Of a stretch of 64,000 nt of DNA, positions 50,449 to 61,105 are shown piece after piece. The DNA is taken from the NCBI GenBank assembly GCA_020161505.1, contig JAIUNY010000005.1, forward strand, positions 8,003 to 72,002, in the 5' to 3' direction. How positions within the stretch are numbered: the stretch's first letter is position 1; the number at the start of each line of letters is the position of its first letter. Below the pieces are notes generated by a model that searched no databases, was not told the origin of the DNA, and saw nothing but the letters and a program-made list of their open reading frames with translations. This stretch comes from Armatimonadota bacterium (lineage in GTDB: Bacteria; Armatimonadota; Fimbriimonadia; Fimbriimonadales; Fimbriimonadaceae). The position numbers and the translations under genes were made by a program.

Positions 50449-51389
50449 TGTCCGAAGCTGCTCTCCCGACTCACGTCAGCGTCATGCTCGACGAAGTCCT
50501 GGATGCGATGAACCTCCAGCCCGGAATGGTTGTCGTGGATGGCACCCTCGGACTGGCGGGGCACAGTGTGGCCATGGCAAAGCAAATTGCCCCTGGCGGA
50601 CTCCTGATCGGTATCGACTGGGATCAGGCCATGCTTGCACGCGCCGAAGCCCGGCTGAAAACCGAGACTGATGGTGTCGAGATCAGCCTTCACCATGCCG
50701 ATTACCGAGCCTTGCCGGACTGCGTCCGGGAGGCATGCGCCCGATTTGGTCGCCGGCTCCTCGTGGATGCAATCCTCCTCGACCTTGGCCTGAACAACGC
50801 CCAAATCGAAGATGCCCTGCGCGGGATCAGTTTCCGCCAAAACGGCCCGCTCGATATGCGGATGGATGTCAGCAAGGGTGTGCCCCTGAGCGAGATCCTT
50901 AAGACAATCTCCGCCCGCGAACTTGAGCAAATCCTCTGGGATCTCGGCGACGAGCGCTGGGCTCGCCAGATCGCCAAGGTGATTGTCGAGCGGCGCAAAA
51001 CGCACCCGATTGAAACCACCGACGACTTGGTTGATTGCATCCAGGCTGCCGTCCCGGCCGCGAAGCGCGACAAGAGGCTTCACGTCGCTACCCGGTCGTT
51101 CCAGGCGTTGCGCATCTACATCAACGGTGAACTGGATGAGCTTCAGCAGGCCATCGAATCTGCTGCCCGGTGCCTCAATCCTGGGGGAACTCTCGTGACC
51201 CTCGCCTATCACAGCGGTGAGGATCGCGCGGCAAAGCATGCCTTCAAGGCCTTGAGTCAAGGCGAAGGATTTACCAACGTTTTCAAAAAACCTCTGCGCC
51301 CTTCCGAGGAGGAAGTTGCGCGGAACCCCAAGTCGCGAAGCGCGGTGATGCGCGTGCTGCGACGCAATGATTCAGGAGAAGAACAATGA
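50448..51389 (+). CDS. rsmH: 16S rRNA m4C1402 methyltransferase
   Basis: HVSVMLDE, DGTLGLAGHS, LDMRMD, FQALRI, YHSGEDR and NPKSRSA. Confidence 0.97.
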   Translation: MSEAALPTHVSVMLDEVLDAMNLQPGMVVVDGTLGLAGHSVAMAKQIAPGGLLIGIDWDQAMLARAEARLKTETDGVEISLHHADYRALPDCVREACARFGRRLLVDAILLDLGLNNAQIEDALRGISFRQNGPLDMRMDVSKGVPLSEILKTISARELEQILWDLGDERWARQIAKVIVERRKTHPIETTDDLVDCIQAAVPAAKRDKRLHVATRSFQALRIYINGELDELQQAIESAARCLNPGGTLVTLAYHSGEDRAAKHAFKALSQGEGFTNVFKKPLRPSEEEVARNPKSRSAVMRVLRRNDSGEEQ

Positions 51390-51829
51390 GTGCCGCCCCC
51401 TTCCTTACTGTCCGAGAGCGAGAACGCGAGCAGGTCAAGCGATCCCCACGATCTCAGCGCGCCGCTGTTGCCGAGCCGACGACTCGCCCGAACGTGTCGC
51501 CGCGGTGCAATCACAAAGCCACCTACAAGCGTGCCTCCAAGGGTGTGGGAATTGAGTGGATCCTCGGTCAGCTCGCCCTCTTTGGTCTCGTGGTGGCCGC
51601 AACCTTCCTCTTCAGTGTCTTGATGGGTAACTCCCTGATGGAGAAGGCGCGCCACGATACGATCAAGGCGCAAGGCCGAACCAAGGTCGCTCGTCAGGAC
51701 ATGGTGCGCCTCCGCAGCCGACTCGATCGCCTTACAAATACCGCCGTTGTTGCCGATTGGGCATCGGCTCGCGGTTTTGTTCCGTCCTATGCTGCGGTGG
51801 AGACGAGCACGGATGCCCAAACGCACTAA
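51386..51829 (+). CDS. FtsL-like cell division protein
   Basis: Position between rsmH and ftsI. Basic N-terminus, single TM helix and coiled coil. Confidence 0.6.
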   Translation: MSAAPFLTVREREREQVKRSPRSQRAAVAEPTTRPNVSPRCNHKATYKRASKGVGIEWILGQLALFGLVVAATFLFSVLMGNSLMEKARHDTIKAQGRTKVARQDMVRLRSRLDRLTNTAVVADWASARGFVPSYAAVETSTDAQTH

Positions 51830-53609
51830 GAAAAAGACTTCCTCTGCGCGCCCAAGCGCAGTCGCCACGCGCACGGAGACTCGTCAGATGAGCGAGCAGG
51901 CTCTGCGTCGCCATGACCGAAAGCGCATGACTCTCGTTGGCGGATGCCTCTTGATGGGTTTCCTTGCCACCACTGTGAGCCAGGCCGATAAGCAGGTCTT
52001 CTCGCGAAAAGAGATCATCAACAAGGCCATCGAGGCCAAACGGTACGAAACCGAGCGCACCGACGAAGCCCGTCGCGGCACGATCTTCAGCGCGGATGGT
52101 CGCGTGCTTGCGGAAAGCCAGGATGTCTACGAACTCGGGCTTTTCTACACCCGGCTGCCGAAGTCGCCCGCTTTCTTTGCCGCTCTCGCCGAGGCCAGTG
52201 GGAAGTCGATTGATGAGATTTCTCGCCCCGCCCTCACGGGATCCAAGTCGAGGCTCTGGCGTGATCCGATCAGCGCCGACCAAGCCCGCCGCGTCCGCCA
52301 AGTGATGCGCGATTGGCGAGCCGATGGCATCTCCCTTGCTCCTGTGCTGCGGCGTGCCTATCCGCTCGGTGAAGCAGGCGCGGGTCTCCTCGGGTTTGTG
52401 CGCGATGGCGAAGCCGTGACCGGCCTGGAATACAGCCAGGACAAGCCCCTCGCCGGAACCGATGGTCGGGCAAAAGGATTCGTGGATCGCAGCGGCATCT
52501 TCATGCCGATCAAGGGTAAAGATATTGCCGAGCTCGACAATGGACGCGACATCGCTCTCACCATTGATTTCGAGATTCAAACCGAAGCCACGATGGCCCT
52601 CAAGCATGCGGTTGATCGCAACAATGCGACTTCCGGTGCGGCGATCGTGATGGATCCGGCCACCGGCGATATTTTGGCGATGGCAAACTGGCCGAGCTAT
52701 GATCCCACCGGCAAGCTCAAACCCGGTGATGATCTCAACGCCACCTACATGAGCGTGTTCGAGCCTGGCTCGACGTTCAAAATTCTCACCCTCGCCAAGG
52801 CTCTCGACGAGGGCAAAACCACCCAAACCTCGGAGATGGACTGCCCTGGGCACATCACCGTTCAAGGACGCACGCTCAAGTGCGCGCACGGTGCCCACGG
52901 TCATATCGACTGGGAGAAGGCGATTGCCGAAAGCTGCAACGTCGCCGCGTCCCGGTGGGCTCTCGACATGGGCCGAGATTCGATGATCGAAATGATCCAA
53001 GGTCTCGGATTGTTGGAGCGTCCTGGACTCGGGCTGCCCGGCGAGCTCGCGGGTCGGTACAACTTCAACGACTACACCAAGAATCTCCAGCTCGCAAACA
53101 ATGGCTTCGGTCAAGCCATGAACGCGACTCCGGTTGCCCTCGCCAGTGCCTTCTCGGTGTTTGGGAACCATGGCGTCCGGATGAAGCCGCGTCTCATCAC
53201 CCGCATCGGTGAAGAGGAGATTGCGCCGCAGAAAGTCGGCGAAGTTTTCACGCCCGAAACCAGCGAGTACGTGCTCAAGATGATGACTTCCACCATCGAA
53301 AAAGACTTCGGCACGGGCAAGGGTCTTCGGATTCCTGGTTACCAAATGGCCGGGAAAACCGGAACTGCCCAGAAGCTTGCTGGCGGTGGTCAAAAGGGCT
53401 ACGTTTCGAACTTTGTCGGCTTTGTTCCGGCGCAGAACCCGAAAGCCGTCATCCTGGTCATGATCAATGATCCCAAGGCGGGCAGCTACTACGGTGGCAC
53501 GGTTGCTGGTCCGGTCTTCACCGATCTTGCCAAGGCCGTGATCCGTCGCTACGGCATTCCGCCTCAGGTCGACTCGGTTGTTGAAAACGACTCTGCGTTG
53601 GGGCGGTAG
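51813..53609 (+). CDS. ftsI: Class B penicillin-binding protein (FtsI/PBP3)
   Basis: RRGTIFS, EPGSTFK (SxxK), SCN (SxN) and GKTGTAQK. Confidence 0.93.
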   Translation: MPKRTKKKTSSARPSAVATRTETRQMSEQALRRHDRKRMTLVGGCLLMGFLATTVSQADKQVFSRKEIINKAIEAKRYETERTDEARRGTIFSADGRVLAESQDVYELGLFYTRLPKSPAFFAALAEASGKSIDEISRPALTGSKSRLWRDPISADQARRVRQVMRDWRADGISLAPVLRRAYPLGEAGAGLLGFVRDGEAVTGLEYSQDKPLAGTDGRAKGFVDRSGIFMPIKGKDIAELDNGRDIALTIDFEIQTEATMALKHAVDRNNATSGAAIVMDPATGDILAMANWPSYDPTGKLKPGDDLNATYMSVFEPGSTFKILTLAKALDEGKTTQTSEMDCPGHITVQGRTLKCAHGAHGHIDWEKAIAESCNVAASRWALDMGRDSMIEMIQGLGLLERPGLGLPGELAGRYNFNDYTKNLQLANNGFGQAMNATPVALASAFSVFGNHGVRMKPRLITRIGEEEIAPQKVGEVFTPETSEYVLKMMTSTIEKDFGTGKGLRIPGYQMAGKTGTAQKLAGGGQKGYVSNFVGFVPAQNPKAVILVMINDPKAGSYYGGTVAGPVFTDLAKAVIRRYGIPPQVDSVVENDSALGR

Positions 53610-53618
53610 AGTTCCGAC

Positions 53619-55121
53619 GTGGACAGCGCGAAACTCTCGGATGCCGCCCGGTGGGCCGGCGCACGACCAACCGAAGTATTCCTCGGAGACAACCCCAGTC
53701 TCCGAGGAGTTTCGGCTGATTCCCGGAGCGTGAAACCCGGTGATCTCTTCGTCTGTATGCCGAGTGCATCGCGCGACACCCACTCCTTCCTGCCTCAAGT
53801 CCGAGATGCCGGTGCCGGTGCCGCCATTGTCCACAGCGGATCGGGGCTCCTCTACGCGCAGAGCCTTGGGATTCCCGCCATCGCTATCGAGCCGACGGGA
53901 AGCCGATTCAACTTCGCCCTCGGGCGAGTCTGCCGAGGCGTTCTCGGTGACCCAACGGCGGGAATGAAAGTCTTTGGCGTGACGGGCACAAACGGCAAAA
54001 CCACCACGGCCTGGATGGTTCGCCATGCCCTGCTCGCTCTCGGGAGCAAAGCCGCCTACCTCGGCACGCTGGGGTTCCAGGTCGCCGAGCAGATGGAAGC
54101 CCTGAACAACACCACGCCTTTCCCCGTGGAGCTCTGGTCTATGCTCGCCGATGCCAAGCGGCAGGGAATCGAGCATCTTGTGATGGAGGTCAGCTCCCAT
54201 GCTCTCTTCGAGCGGCGTCTCTCCGGAGTCCAGTTTGATGTCGGGATGTTCACCAACCTCAGCCAAGATCACCTCGATTTCCACGGCACGATGGAGAACT
54301 ACTCCGAGGCGAAGAAACTCCTCTTCACCGAGCACGCTGCGCTCAGCGAGAAACCCTTTGTTGGGGCCCTCAACGTCGCGGATCCCTACGCCGCGCAGTG
54401 GTCGCGCGAGCTTCCGTGCCGAGTGTTCACCTATGGCGCATCGGGAGCCGAGCTGGTCACCGAAGCCACCGATGTCCGCGCCAGCGGCATGACCCTCACC
54501 GCCAAACACGAAGGTGAAACCGTGGTTGGTCAGCTTTTGGTCGGCGGGCTGTTCAATATTGAAAACGCGACAAGTGCGCTCGCTGGACTCATCTGCCTGG
54601 GCTACCCGCTCAGCGACGCCATGCGAGCCCTCGAGAAAGTCAAAGCCGTGCCAGGGCGATTCGAGCCCGTGCACACCGGACGCGGGTTTGATGTCATCGT
54701 CGACTACGCCCACACCCCCGAGGCACTTGAACTCCTTCTGAAATCCGCCCGGGGCCTGAACCCCAAGCGGATCATCACGGTCTTCGGCTGTGGAGGCGAC
54801 CGCGACCGAAGCAAGCGTCCCAAAATGGCGGCGGCGGCCGCCGCTCATTCCGACGTGGTTGTCCTCACCAGCGATAACCCCCGCACCGAGAGCCCCGAGG
54901 CGATCCTCGATGACGTGGCGACCGGATTCCCCGCCGGTGCCGAATTCGTCCGCATCACCGACCGTCCCGAAGCCGTCGCCCATGCGGTCGGCCTTGCCCA
55001 ATCGGGAGACCTTGTCGTGATCGCCGGCAAAGGGCACGAGAACTACCAAATCATCGGTCGCACCAAGCACCCGATGGACGACCGTGACCTTGTGAAGCGC
55101 GGCCTGGGGGTGCACGCTTGA
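53619..55121 (+). CDS. murE: UDP-MurNAc-tripeptide synthetase, meso-DAP-type
   Basis: GTNGKTTT, MEVSSH, DHLDFH, DYAHTP, SDNPR (meso-DAP motif) and GKGHE. Confidence 0.96.
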   Translation: MDSAKLSDAARWAGARPTEVFLGDNPSLRGVSADSRSVKPGDLFVCMPSASRDTHSFLPQVRDAGAGAAIVHSGSGLLYAQSLGIPAIAIEPTGSRFNFALGRVCRGVLGDPTAGMKVFGVTGTNGKTTTAWMVRHALLALGSKAAYLGTLGFQVAEQMEALNNTTPFPVELWSMLADAKRQGIEHLVMEVSSHALFERRLSGVQFDVGMFTNLSQDHLDFHGTMENYSEAKKLLFTEHAALSEKPFVGALNVADPYAAQWSRELPCRVFTYGASGAELVTEATDVRASGMTLTAKHEGETVVGQLLVGGLFNIENATSALAGLICLGYPLSDAMRALEKVKAVPGRFEPVHTGRGFDVIVDYAHTPEALELLLKSARGLNPKRIITVFGCGGDRDRSKRPKMAAAAAAHSDVVVLTSDNPRTESPEAILDDVATGFPAGAEFVRITDRPEAVAHAVGLAQSGDLVVIAGKGHENYQIIGRTKHPMDDRDLVKRGLGVHA

Positions 55122-56482
55122 CTCTGGGTGAACTCGCGACCCGCTTGGGCGGAACGCTGTCTCCAATCGAGAACGCGGGGATCGAATTCGGGAGCTTCGT
55201 GACAGACTCACGCGATGTGCCTGCTGGTTCGGTCTACCTGGCGATCAAGGGAGAACGCGTTGATGGTCACGATTTTGCAAACGCTGCTCTCCTGGGCGGT
55301 GCCGTGTGCGCGGTGGTCGAGCGAACCCAAGAGCTACCCTGCGAAATCCTCGTACCGAACTTGATCGAGGCGCTCGCAAAGTTTGGTCGCTCCATCCGCG
55401 CCGAGTTCACTGGCCCGGTTGTCGGCCTGACCGGGAGCAACGGGAAGACCACCACAAAAGAACTCCTCGCCGCCGCCCTCAGCCCGCTTGGCCCGGTGCT
55501 GAAAAATCAGGGCAACCGCAACACCGAGTACACCTCGCCTCTTGTCTGGCATGACCTGACTCCCGGTCACCGTGCCGCTGTCATCGAAATGGGGATGCGC
55601 GGATTCGGGCAAATCCGCCACCTCGCATCGATCAGCCAGCCGACCATCGCGGTCATCACCTGCATTGGCACCGCCCACATTGAGAAGGTGGGGAGCCGAC
55701 AAGGCATCCTCGAAGCCAAGAGCGAAATTCTTGAGAACCTTCCCGCCGGCGGGCACGCCATCTTGTGGCGCGAGGATGACTACTTCGGCGATCTCGTCAA
55801 CCGGACACGGGTTCCCGTCACAACCTTCGGATCAAGCCCCGATGCCGATGTCCAACTGGTCGGATACCGGATGAAATCCTGGTCGGAATGCGCGATTCGG
55901 CTGCGACACGGCGGCGAGGAATTCGAGGTCTCGCTCAACGCCATCGGGCGTCACATGGGATTAAACGCCGCCGCCGCGGTCGCTGCCGCCATCCGCGCCG
56001 GAGTCCCCTTTGCCGACGCCGTTTCCGCCCTTGCCACGGCTGACCTTCCCCCGATGCGAATGGAAGAGCGAATCATCGGTGGCTCGACTTACTTGGTGGA
56101 CACCTACAACGCCTCCCCCGATTCCACCGTCGCCGCCCTCCGCGCGCTCGGCGAAGGAACAGCAGCCGGAAAGAAAATCGCCGTGCTCGGCGAGATGCGT
56201 GAGCTCGGGGATTTCACCGAAAGCGGCCACCGACTCGTCGGCAAAGCGATTGCCGATACCCACCCTGATCTGGTGCTCCTCACCGGCGGGCCCACCCAAT
56301 GGATGCACCAAGAAGCTCTCGCGATGGGTTTTCCGTCCGGGAATATGGTGGTTTGGGACACGCTCGATTTAGACGCCGTGAAGGCGAAGCTGGTGGACTT
56401 GGTAAAGCCAGGTGACGTCGTTCTTGTGAAGGCGAGCCGTGCTCTTGGTCTGGAGCAAGCCATCCCCGAGGTGGCCGGCTGA
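55118..56482 (+). CDS. murF: UDP-MurNAc-pentapeptide synthetase
   Basis: GSNGKTTTKE, EMGM, DTYNASP, LGEMRELG and KASR. Confidence 0.96.
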   Translation: MTLGELATRLGGTLSPIENAGIEFGSFVTDSRDVPAGSVYLAIKGERVDGHDFANAALLGGAVCAVVERTQELPCEILVPNLIEALAKFGRSIRAEFTGPVVGLTGSNGKTTTKELLAAALSPLGPVLKNQGNRNTEYTSPLVWHDLTPGHRAAVIEMGMRGFGQIRHLASISQPTIAVITCIGTAHIEKVGSRQGILEAKSEILENLPAGGHAILWREDDYFGDLVNRTRVPVTTFGSSPDADVQLVGYRMKSWSECAIRLRHGGEEFEVSLNAIGRHMGLNAAAAVAAAIRAGVPFADAVSALATADLPPMRMEERIIGGSTYLVDTYNASPDSTVAALRALGEGTAAGKKIAVLGEMRELGDFTESGHRLVGKAIADTHPDLVLLTGGPTQWMHQEALAMGFPSGNMVVWDTLDLDAVKAKLVDLVKPGDVVLVKASRALGLEQAIPEVAG

Positions 56483-57420
56483 TGTCCTTGCCGCTCGCGG
56501 CGATGGCCTCTCTTGGCGCGTCCGCGGTAGCCGCTCCCTTTGTGATGAAGGCCCTGATCGCGGCAAAAAGCCGCCAGACCATCAGCGCGCATATTCAAGA
56601 GCATGCCCATAAGCAGGGAACCCCGACGATGGGCGGAATCATCGCCCTGATCGGCATCCTCGCGGGCTTCGGAGTGGGATGGACAGAAGAGCTCGTCGCC
56701 CCCCTCGTTCTCCTGATCGGCTTCGCGATTGTCGGCTTCGCTGACGATTACATCGTCCCCAAGATGATGCCAGGAAAGCGCGGTCTCGGCTGGATGCCGA
56801 AACTCGGCCTTGAGATCGGCGCGAGCATCGCCGCCGCGTGGCTCACCGGATGGAAAGAACCCCTCCAAATCGGCGCGTTTGTCTTCCTGATCCTCTTCCT
56901 GAGCAACGCCTATAACTTCGCCGATGGCCTCGATTCCCTCGCCGGAGGGCTCGGAATGATCCTCTGTGCCGGGCTCGCCGCCGCCTTCCCATCGCCCGCG
57001 ATGATCCTGGTTGGGGCGATCATGTTTGTAGCTTTCATCCCGTTTCTTTTCTATAACGCGCCGCCGGCCCGGGTGTTCATGGGAGATGTCGGATCCCTGC
57101 CCCTCGGCGCCCTGATCGGCTGGATGGTCGCGGTTGCCCTGCTCCCGACGGCGAGCGGAGCCTTCCTCGATGTTGGCGCGATTCTCCCGATGACCCTCAT
57201 CCTTCTCGTCATGCTCGCCGAAATCGTCCCCGTGCCCTTGCAGATCGCCTCGGTGAAGCTGCGCAAGAAGCGTTTGTTCAACTTTAAGACCCCCATCCAC
57301 CACGCATTCCAGGAGAAAGGCTGGCCCGAGACTCGTATCGTGTGGATGTTCCACTTAGTGCAACTCTCATGCGTGGTAGTTGCACTCTGTTTGATCCATT
57401 TGAACTCAGGAGGGAAGTAG
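56482..57420 (+). CDS. mraY: Phospho-MurNAc-pentapeptide transferase
   Basis: KQGTPTMGG, ADD, NFADGLD, FMGDVGS and PIHH.F.EKGW. Confidence 0.94.
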   Translation: MSLPLAAMASLGASAVAAPFVMKALIAAKSRQTISAHIQEHAHKQGTPTMGGIIALIGILAGFGVGWTEELVAPLVLLIGFAIVGFADDYIVPKMMPGKRGLGWMPKLGLEIGASIAAAWLTGWKEPLQIGAFVFLILFLSNAYNFADGLDSLAGGLGMILCAGLAAAFPSPAMILVGAIMFVAFIPFLFYNAPPARVFMGDVGSLPLGALIGWMVAVALLPTASGAFLDVGAILPMTLILLVMLAEIVPVPLQIASVKLRKKRLFNFKTPIHHAFQEKGWPETRIVWMFHLVQLSCVVVALCLIHLNSGGK

Positions 57421-57421
57421 A

Positions 57422-58816
57422 TTGCCACGCTCAGAATTCCGTGATCGACGTGTCGCCGTAGCCGGAGCTGGAGTCAGCGGACTCGCTGTCGCCCGCGCCG
57501 TTAAGTCCCTCGGTGGATTCCCGACCGTTCTCGACCAATCGCCCGGCGATCAGCCGCGCGTCATGGCCGCCGTCGACCAACTCGAAGCGGCAGGAATCGA
57601 CGTCGTGACCGGCTGGCACGGACGCCTCGATCCGACTGACCACGACCTCTTGGTCGTCAGCCCCGGAATCCCCCCGCATCACCCGGTGTTTGAGGACATG
57701 GAGGGCCAAACCATCGGGGAAATCGAGTTCGCTTACCGCATCGCTGAGGCCCCGATTCTCGCGATCACCGGCACGAATGGCAAAAGCACGAGCACTGTCA
57801 TGCTCTGGAAGATCCTCGACGGCGGCGGCTTCGGCGCGCAGCTTTGCGGGAATATCGCCGGGAGCGGCTATCCTGAACAGGTTTTCACCACCGCCGCCCT
57901 CAACACCTCCGCCGAAGGCTGTTTGGTTGCCGAAGTCAGCAGTGCGCAACTGGAGACTGTCTCCACCTGGCGGCCCCGCGTGGCGACGATCACCAACATC
58001 ACCGACGACCATCGCGACCGCTATCCCAATTTCAATGACTACGCCGCCGCGAAGCTCAATCTGTTCAAGAATATGGGCGAAGGTGACACGATTATCTGGA
58101 ACAGCGACGAACCGTCCGTCACTCGACAGATGGTCGAGGAAGCGAGCAACGGTGCGAGAATCATTGCCTTCAGCCCCTCCGGCGAGAATCTGGCCGACGG
58201 ACAAACCCGCCGCCGTGGCGACACCATCTGGCTGAGCGGGCAGGAAGTCCACAAGAACGACCTCCCGTTCCTGGGCGAGCACAACATCGCCAACGCGATG
58301 ATGGCCTGGGAGATGGCATGCGGGCTTGTGGGAGAGGCCCACATCGGGATGTTCAACGGCCTGATGGCGTTTCGGTCCCTCGAAAACCGCATGGAGCTTC
58401 TCGGCACAAAAAATGGGGTGAGAATCATCAACAATTCGATGTGCACCAATCCGATGGCGGTGGTCAAGAGTAGTCAAAGTCTAGAGGGAAAACATCATCT
58501 TATCATGGGGGGAAATACCAAAAACATGGACTTTTCCCCGCTCCATGACTACTTGAAATCCAGTCCCCATAAAGTGTATCTTTTTGGCCCAAGCCCTGAC
58601 GGATTGCAAGCAATGCTCGGCGGCGGTTGGCCGGTCTTTGAGACCCTGAAAGAAGCCTTCCTCGCCGCAGCCAATCAAGCATCCGAAGGGGAAACCGTGA
58701 TGCTCGCACCAGGATGTGCGAGTGCCAGCCCGTATGCCAACTTCCGTGAGCGGGGAGCGGCATTTAAAGAAATAGCCAAGGAGTGGCTCGAAAATGACAC
58801 AAACCAAACGCCCTGA
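57422..58816 (+). CDS. murD: UDP-MurNAc-L-Ala:D-Glu ligase
   Basis: ITGTNGKST, EVSS, DHRDRY and LAPGCAS. Confidence 0.94.
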   Translation: MPRSEFRDRRVAVAGAGVSGLAVARAVKSLGGFPTVLDQSPGDQPRVMAAVDQLEAAGIDVVTGWHGRLDPTDHDLLVVSPGIPPHHPVFEDMEGQTIGEIEFAYRIAEAPILAITGTNGKSTSTVMLWKILDGGGFGAQLCGNIAGSGYPEQVFTTAALNTSAEGCLVAEVSSAQLETVSTWRPRVATITNITDDHRDRYPNFNDYAAAKLNLFKNMGEGDTIIWNSDEPSVTRQMVEEASNGARIIAFSPSGENLADGQTRRRGDTIWLSGQEVHKNDLPFLGEHNIANAMMAWEMACGLVGEAHIGMFNGLMAFRSLENRMELLGTKNGVRIINNSMCTNPMAVVKSSQSLEGKHHLIMGGNTKNMDFSPLHDYLKSSPHKVYLFGPSPDGLQAMLGGGWPVFETLKEAFLAAANQASEGETVMLAPGCASASPYANFRERGAAFKEIAKEWLENDTNQTP

Positions 58817-60014
58817 TTTCACCCTCGCGGTTCTCGCCACCATCCTTTCGGTGATTGGAGTTCTTGCCATCTGGGACGCAGGGTATGCCCGCGCCGCGGC
58901 CAACGGCTCCTGGATTCCCCGCGAATTGCTCACTCATGTCCCCGCAACCATCTTTGCGATGCTCTGCGCGTGGGGAGTCAGCAAGATCCCCAGCCAGAAA
59001 ATCGCCAAGGTTGGCTGGTGGGCGTTCTGGGTATCGCTTGCCGGCCTGCTTCTTGTCTTTGTCCCTGGCCTCGGCAAAGAGATCGCCGGGGCGCGACGAT
59101 GGATCTTCATCGGCCCGATCAGCATTCAGCCCAGCGAATTCGCAAAGGTGGGTGTCATCATTTTCTTGGCCGCCACGCTGGCGACCAAGCCTCTCTGGAA
59201 CCGTCCGCAGACGAAAGACACGATCGACTGGCTCGACCGCGTGGCGGTGAAGAGCTTCGTCCGCGCCCTTCCTTTTCTCGCCGTCATGGGACTCGTGCTG
59301 CTGGTCGAGCGCAGCCCCGACCTCGACACGGCGGCGGTCATCGCCCTCACCGCCTTTGCGATGCTCTTCATCGGCCGAGTCTCGAGCAAGAATCTCTGGA
59401 CGCTGGGGATTGCTGGGGCTTTAGCTCTTGGCTATTTCGCGTTTCAAGGCGGACACCGGGTTCAGCGGCTGAACAACCACTTTGACCGCTGGTCTCAAGC
59501 CAATATCGACACGATTGGCTTCCAAACCACCCAAGCAGAAATCGCGTTCGCCAGCGGCGGAATGACTGGCGTTGGGCTCGCAGAAGGCCGGGCTAAGCAC
59601 ACTCTTCCCGCCCCGACAACCGACTTCATCTTTGCCACCATCGGCGAGGAATTTGGGCTTGTCGGCTCCCTGGTGGTCATCGCACTGCTCGGCTGGCTGG
59701 TGTGGCGACTGATGTCGCTGGCCAACCAGAGCGAGAGTCTCTTCGGTCGCCTTGTTCTCGTGGGAACGGCCGTGTGGGTGGGCAGCCAAACGTGCGCCAA
59801 CATCATGATGGGGAACGGCACATTGCCTCCCATGGGGATTCCTCTCCCGTTCATCAGCGGCGGCGGCACCAGCAGCATTGCCATCTGGATCATGCTCGGG
59901 CTGTGCCAAGCCGTCGTCGCAAATGGGGGCAAGCCCAGCGCGCGCTCCGGAAACGACAACCCCTCCTTGGAGGAAGCCTATCCCGAGTTCCACCGCAAGG
60001 TGTCGGTGAGATGA
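58794..60014 (+). CDS. ftsW: SEDS protein FtsW
   Basis: GARRWI, QPSEFAK, TDFIFA..GEEFG and PFISGGG. Confidence 0.93.
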   Translation: MTQTKRPDFTLAVLATILSVIGVLAIWDAGYARAAANGSWIPRELLTHVPATIFAMLCAWGVSKIPSQKIAKVGWWAFWVSLAGLLLVFVPGLGKEIAGARRWIFIGPISIQPSEFAKVGVIIFLAATLATKPLWNRPQTKDTIDWLDRVAVKSFVRALPFLAVMGLVLLVERSPDLDTAAVIALTAFAMLFIGRVSSKNLWTLGIAGALALGYFAFQGGHRVQRLNNHFDRWSQANIDTIGFQTTQAEIAFASGGMTGVGLAEGRAKHTLPAPTTDFIFATIGEEFGLVGSLVVIALLGWLVWRLMSLANQSESLFGRLVLVGTAVWVGSQTCANIMMGNGTLPPMGIPLPFISGGGTSSIAIWIMLGLCQAVVANGGKPSARSGNDNPSLEEAYPEFHRKVSVR

Positions 60015-61105
60015 GGCTGGTTGTCACCGGCGGCGGAACGGGCGGGCATGTTTATCCTGCCATCGAGGTCGCCCTTGCCGCTCGAGATCAAGGCGCTGAT
60101 GTCGAGTACTTAGGTTCGCGGCGTGGTCAGGAGAAGTCGATCTGCGGCAAAGTCAACCTGCCGATCCGCACCTACGGCAGCGAGCCGGTGTACCGACTCC
60201 ACACGATCCGCGGGATGAAGAGCCTGCTGAACCTGCTCAGAAGTTCGGGCGAGGCCAAGCGCGACCTTGAGAAGATTCGCCCCGATGTGATCTTCGCCAC
60301 CGGAGGCTATTCTGCTGCTCCTGTGCTGAACGCGGCCCGAAAGCTGCGCATTCCTGTGGTGCTGCACGAGCAGAATTCGGTTCCCGGACGGACGATTCTG
60401 CTGGCTTCCCGATCCGCCCAAACGGTCTGCACGGTTTTCCACGCCTCCGCTCAACACTTTCCAAAAGGGAAGGTTCAGCGCACGGGAATGCCGATCCGCA
60501 AAGCCATGCGAGAGAGTGCCCAAGGCCGTCTGCTCCTGGATGCCGGTGCCGTGAAAGCGGCTCCTCTCGTCCTGGTGATGGGAGGATCGCAAGGCAGCGC
60601 GGCGCTCAACGATCATGCGCTTGGCACAGCTCTGCGCATGGCCTCGACCGAAGTGCAGTGGCTCCACCTCACGGGCCTTTCGCACTTCGAAAGCACGATG
60701 AATTCGCTCCAGAAAATGGGCATCCGTTCGGACTACACGATCAAGGCGTATGTAGAGGGGGATGAAATGGCTTCGGCAATGTTCAACGCCTCGGTGGCCC
60801 TATGTCGCAGTGGTGCAGGCACGATGGCCGAACTGGCCGCGTTCCGAAAACCGAGCGTCTTGGTGCCGTATCCCGCCGCATTCAACGATCATCAACGAAT
60901 CAACGCGGAGGAATTCGTGAATCTTGGCGCGGCAGAAATCATCGCCCAAAAAGATCTGGATCCTGCTCGAATTGAGTCGCGTGTTCTCTCGTGGCTCAAC
61001 GATTCCGACCGGGTGGAGGCGGCGCAAAAGGCCCTCGCCGAATGGGACGTGCCGGACGCAGTGCCTCAGATTTTAGGGATGATCAAGAGCGCGGCAGGTC
61101 GTTGA
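60011..61105 (+). CDS. murG: Undecaprenyl-PP-MurNAc-pentapeptide GlcNAc transferase
   Basis: GGGTGGHVYP, TGGY, HEQN..PG, GGSQG, RSGA and HQRINA. Confidence 0.96.
   Translation: MRLVVTGGGTGGHVYPAIEVALAARDQGADVEYLGSRRGQEKSICGKVNLPIRTYGSEPVYRLHTIRGMKSLLNLLRSSGEAKRDLEKIRPDVIFATGGYSAAPVLNAARKLRIPVVLHEQNSVPGRTILLASRSAQTVCTVFHASAQHFPKGKVQRTGMPIRKAMRESAQGRLLLDAGAVKAAPLVLVMGGSQGSAALNDHALGTALRMASTEVQWLHLTGLSHFESTMNSLQKMGIRSDYTIKAYVEGDEMASAMFNASVALCRSGAGTMAELAAFRKPSVLVPYPAAFNDHQRINAEEFVNLGAAEIIAQKDLDPARIESRVLSWLNDSDRVEAAQKALAEWDVPDAVPQILGMIKSAAGR

Noticed and set aside
51732-55211. 1159-aa minus-strand ORF, and similar long antisense ORFs at 304-1509, 7458-8690, 20823-22328, 37278-38561 and 45704-47236
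   Set aside because: They lie opposite well-supported genes, carry no recognisable motifs, and are expected as shadow frames in GC-rich coding DNA.
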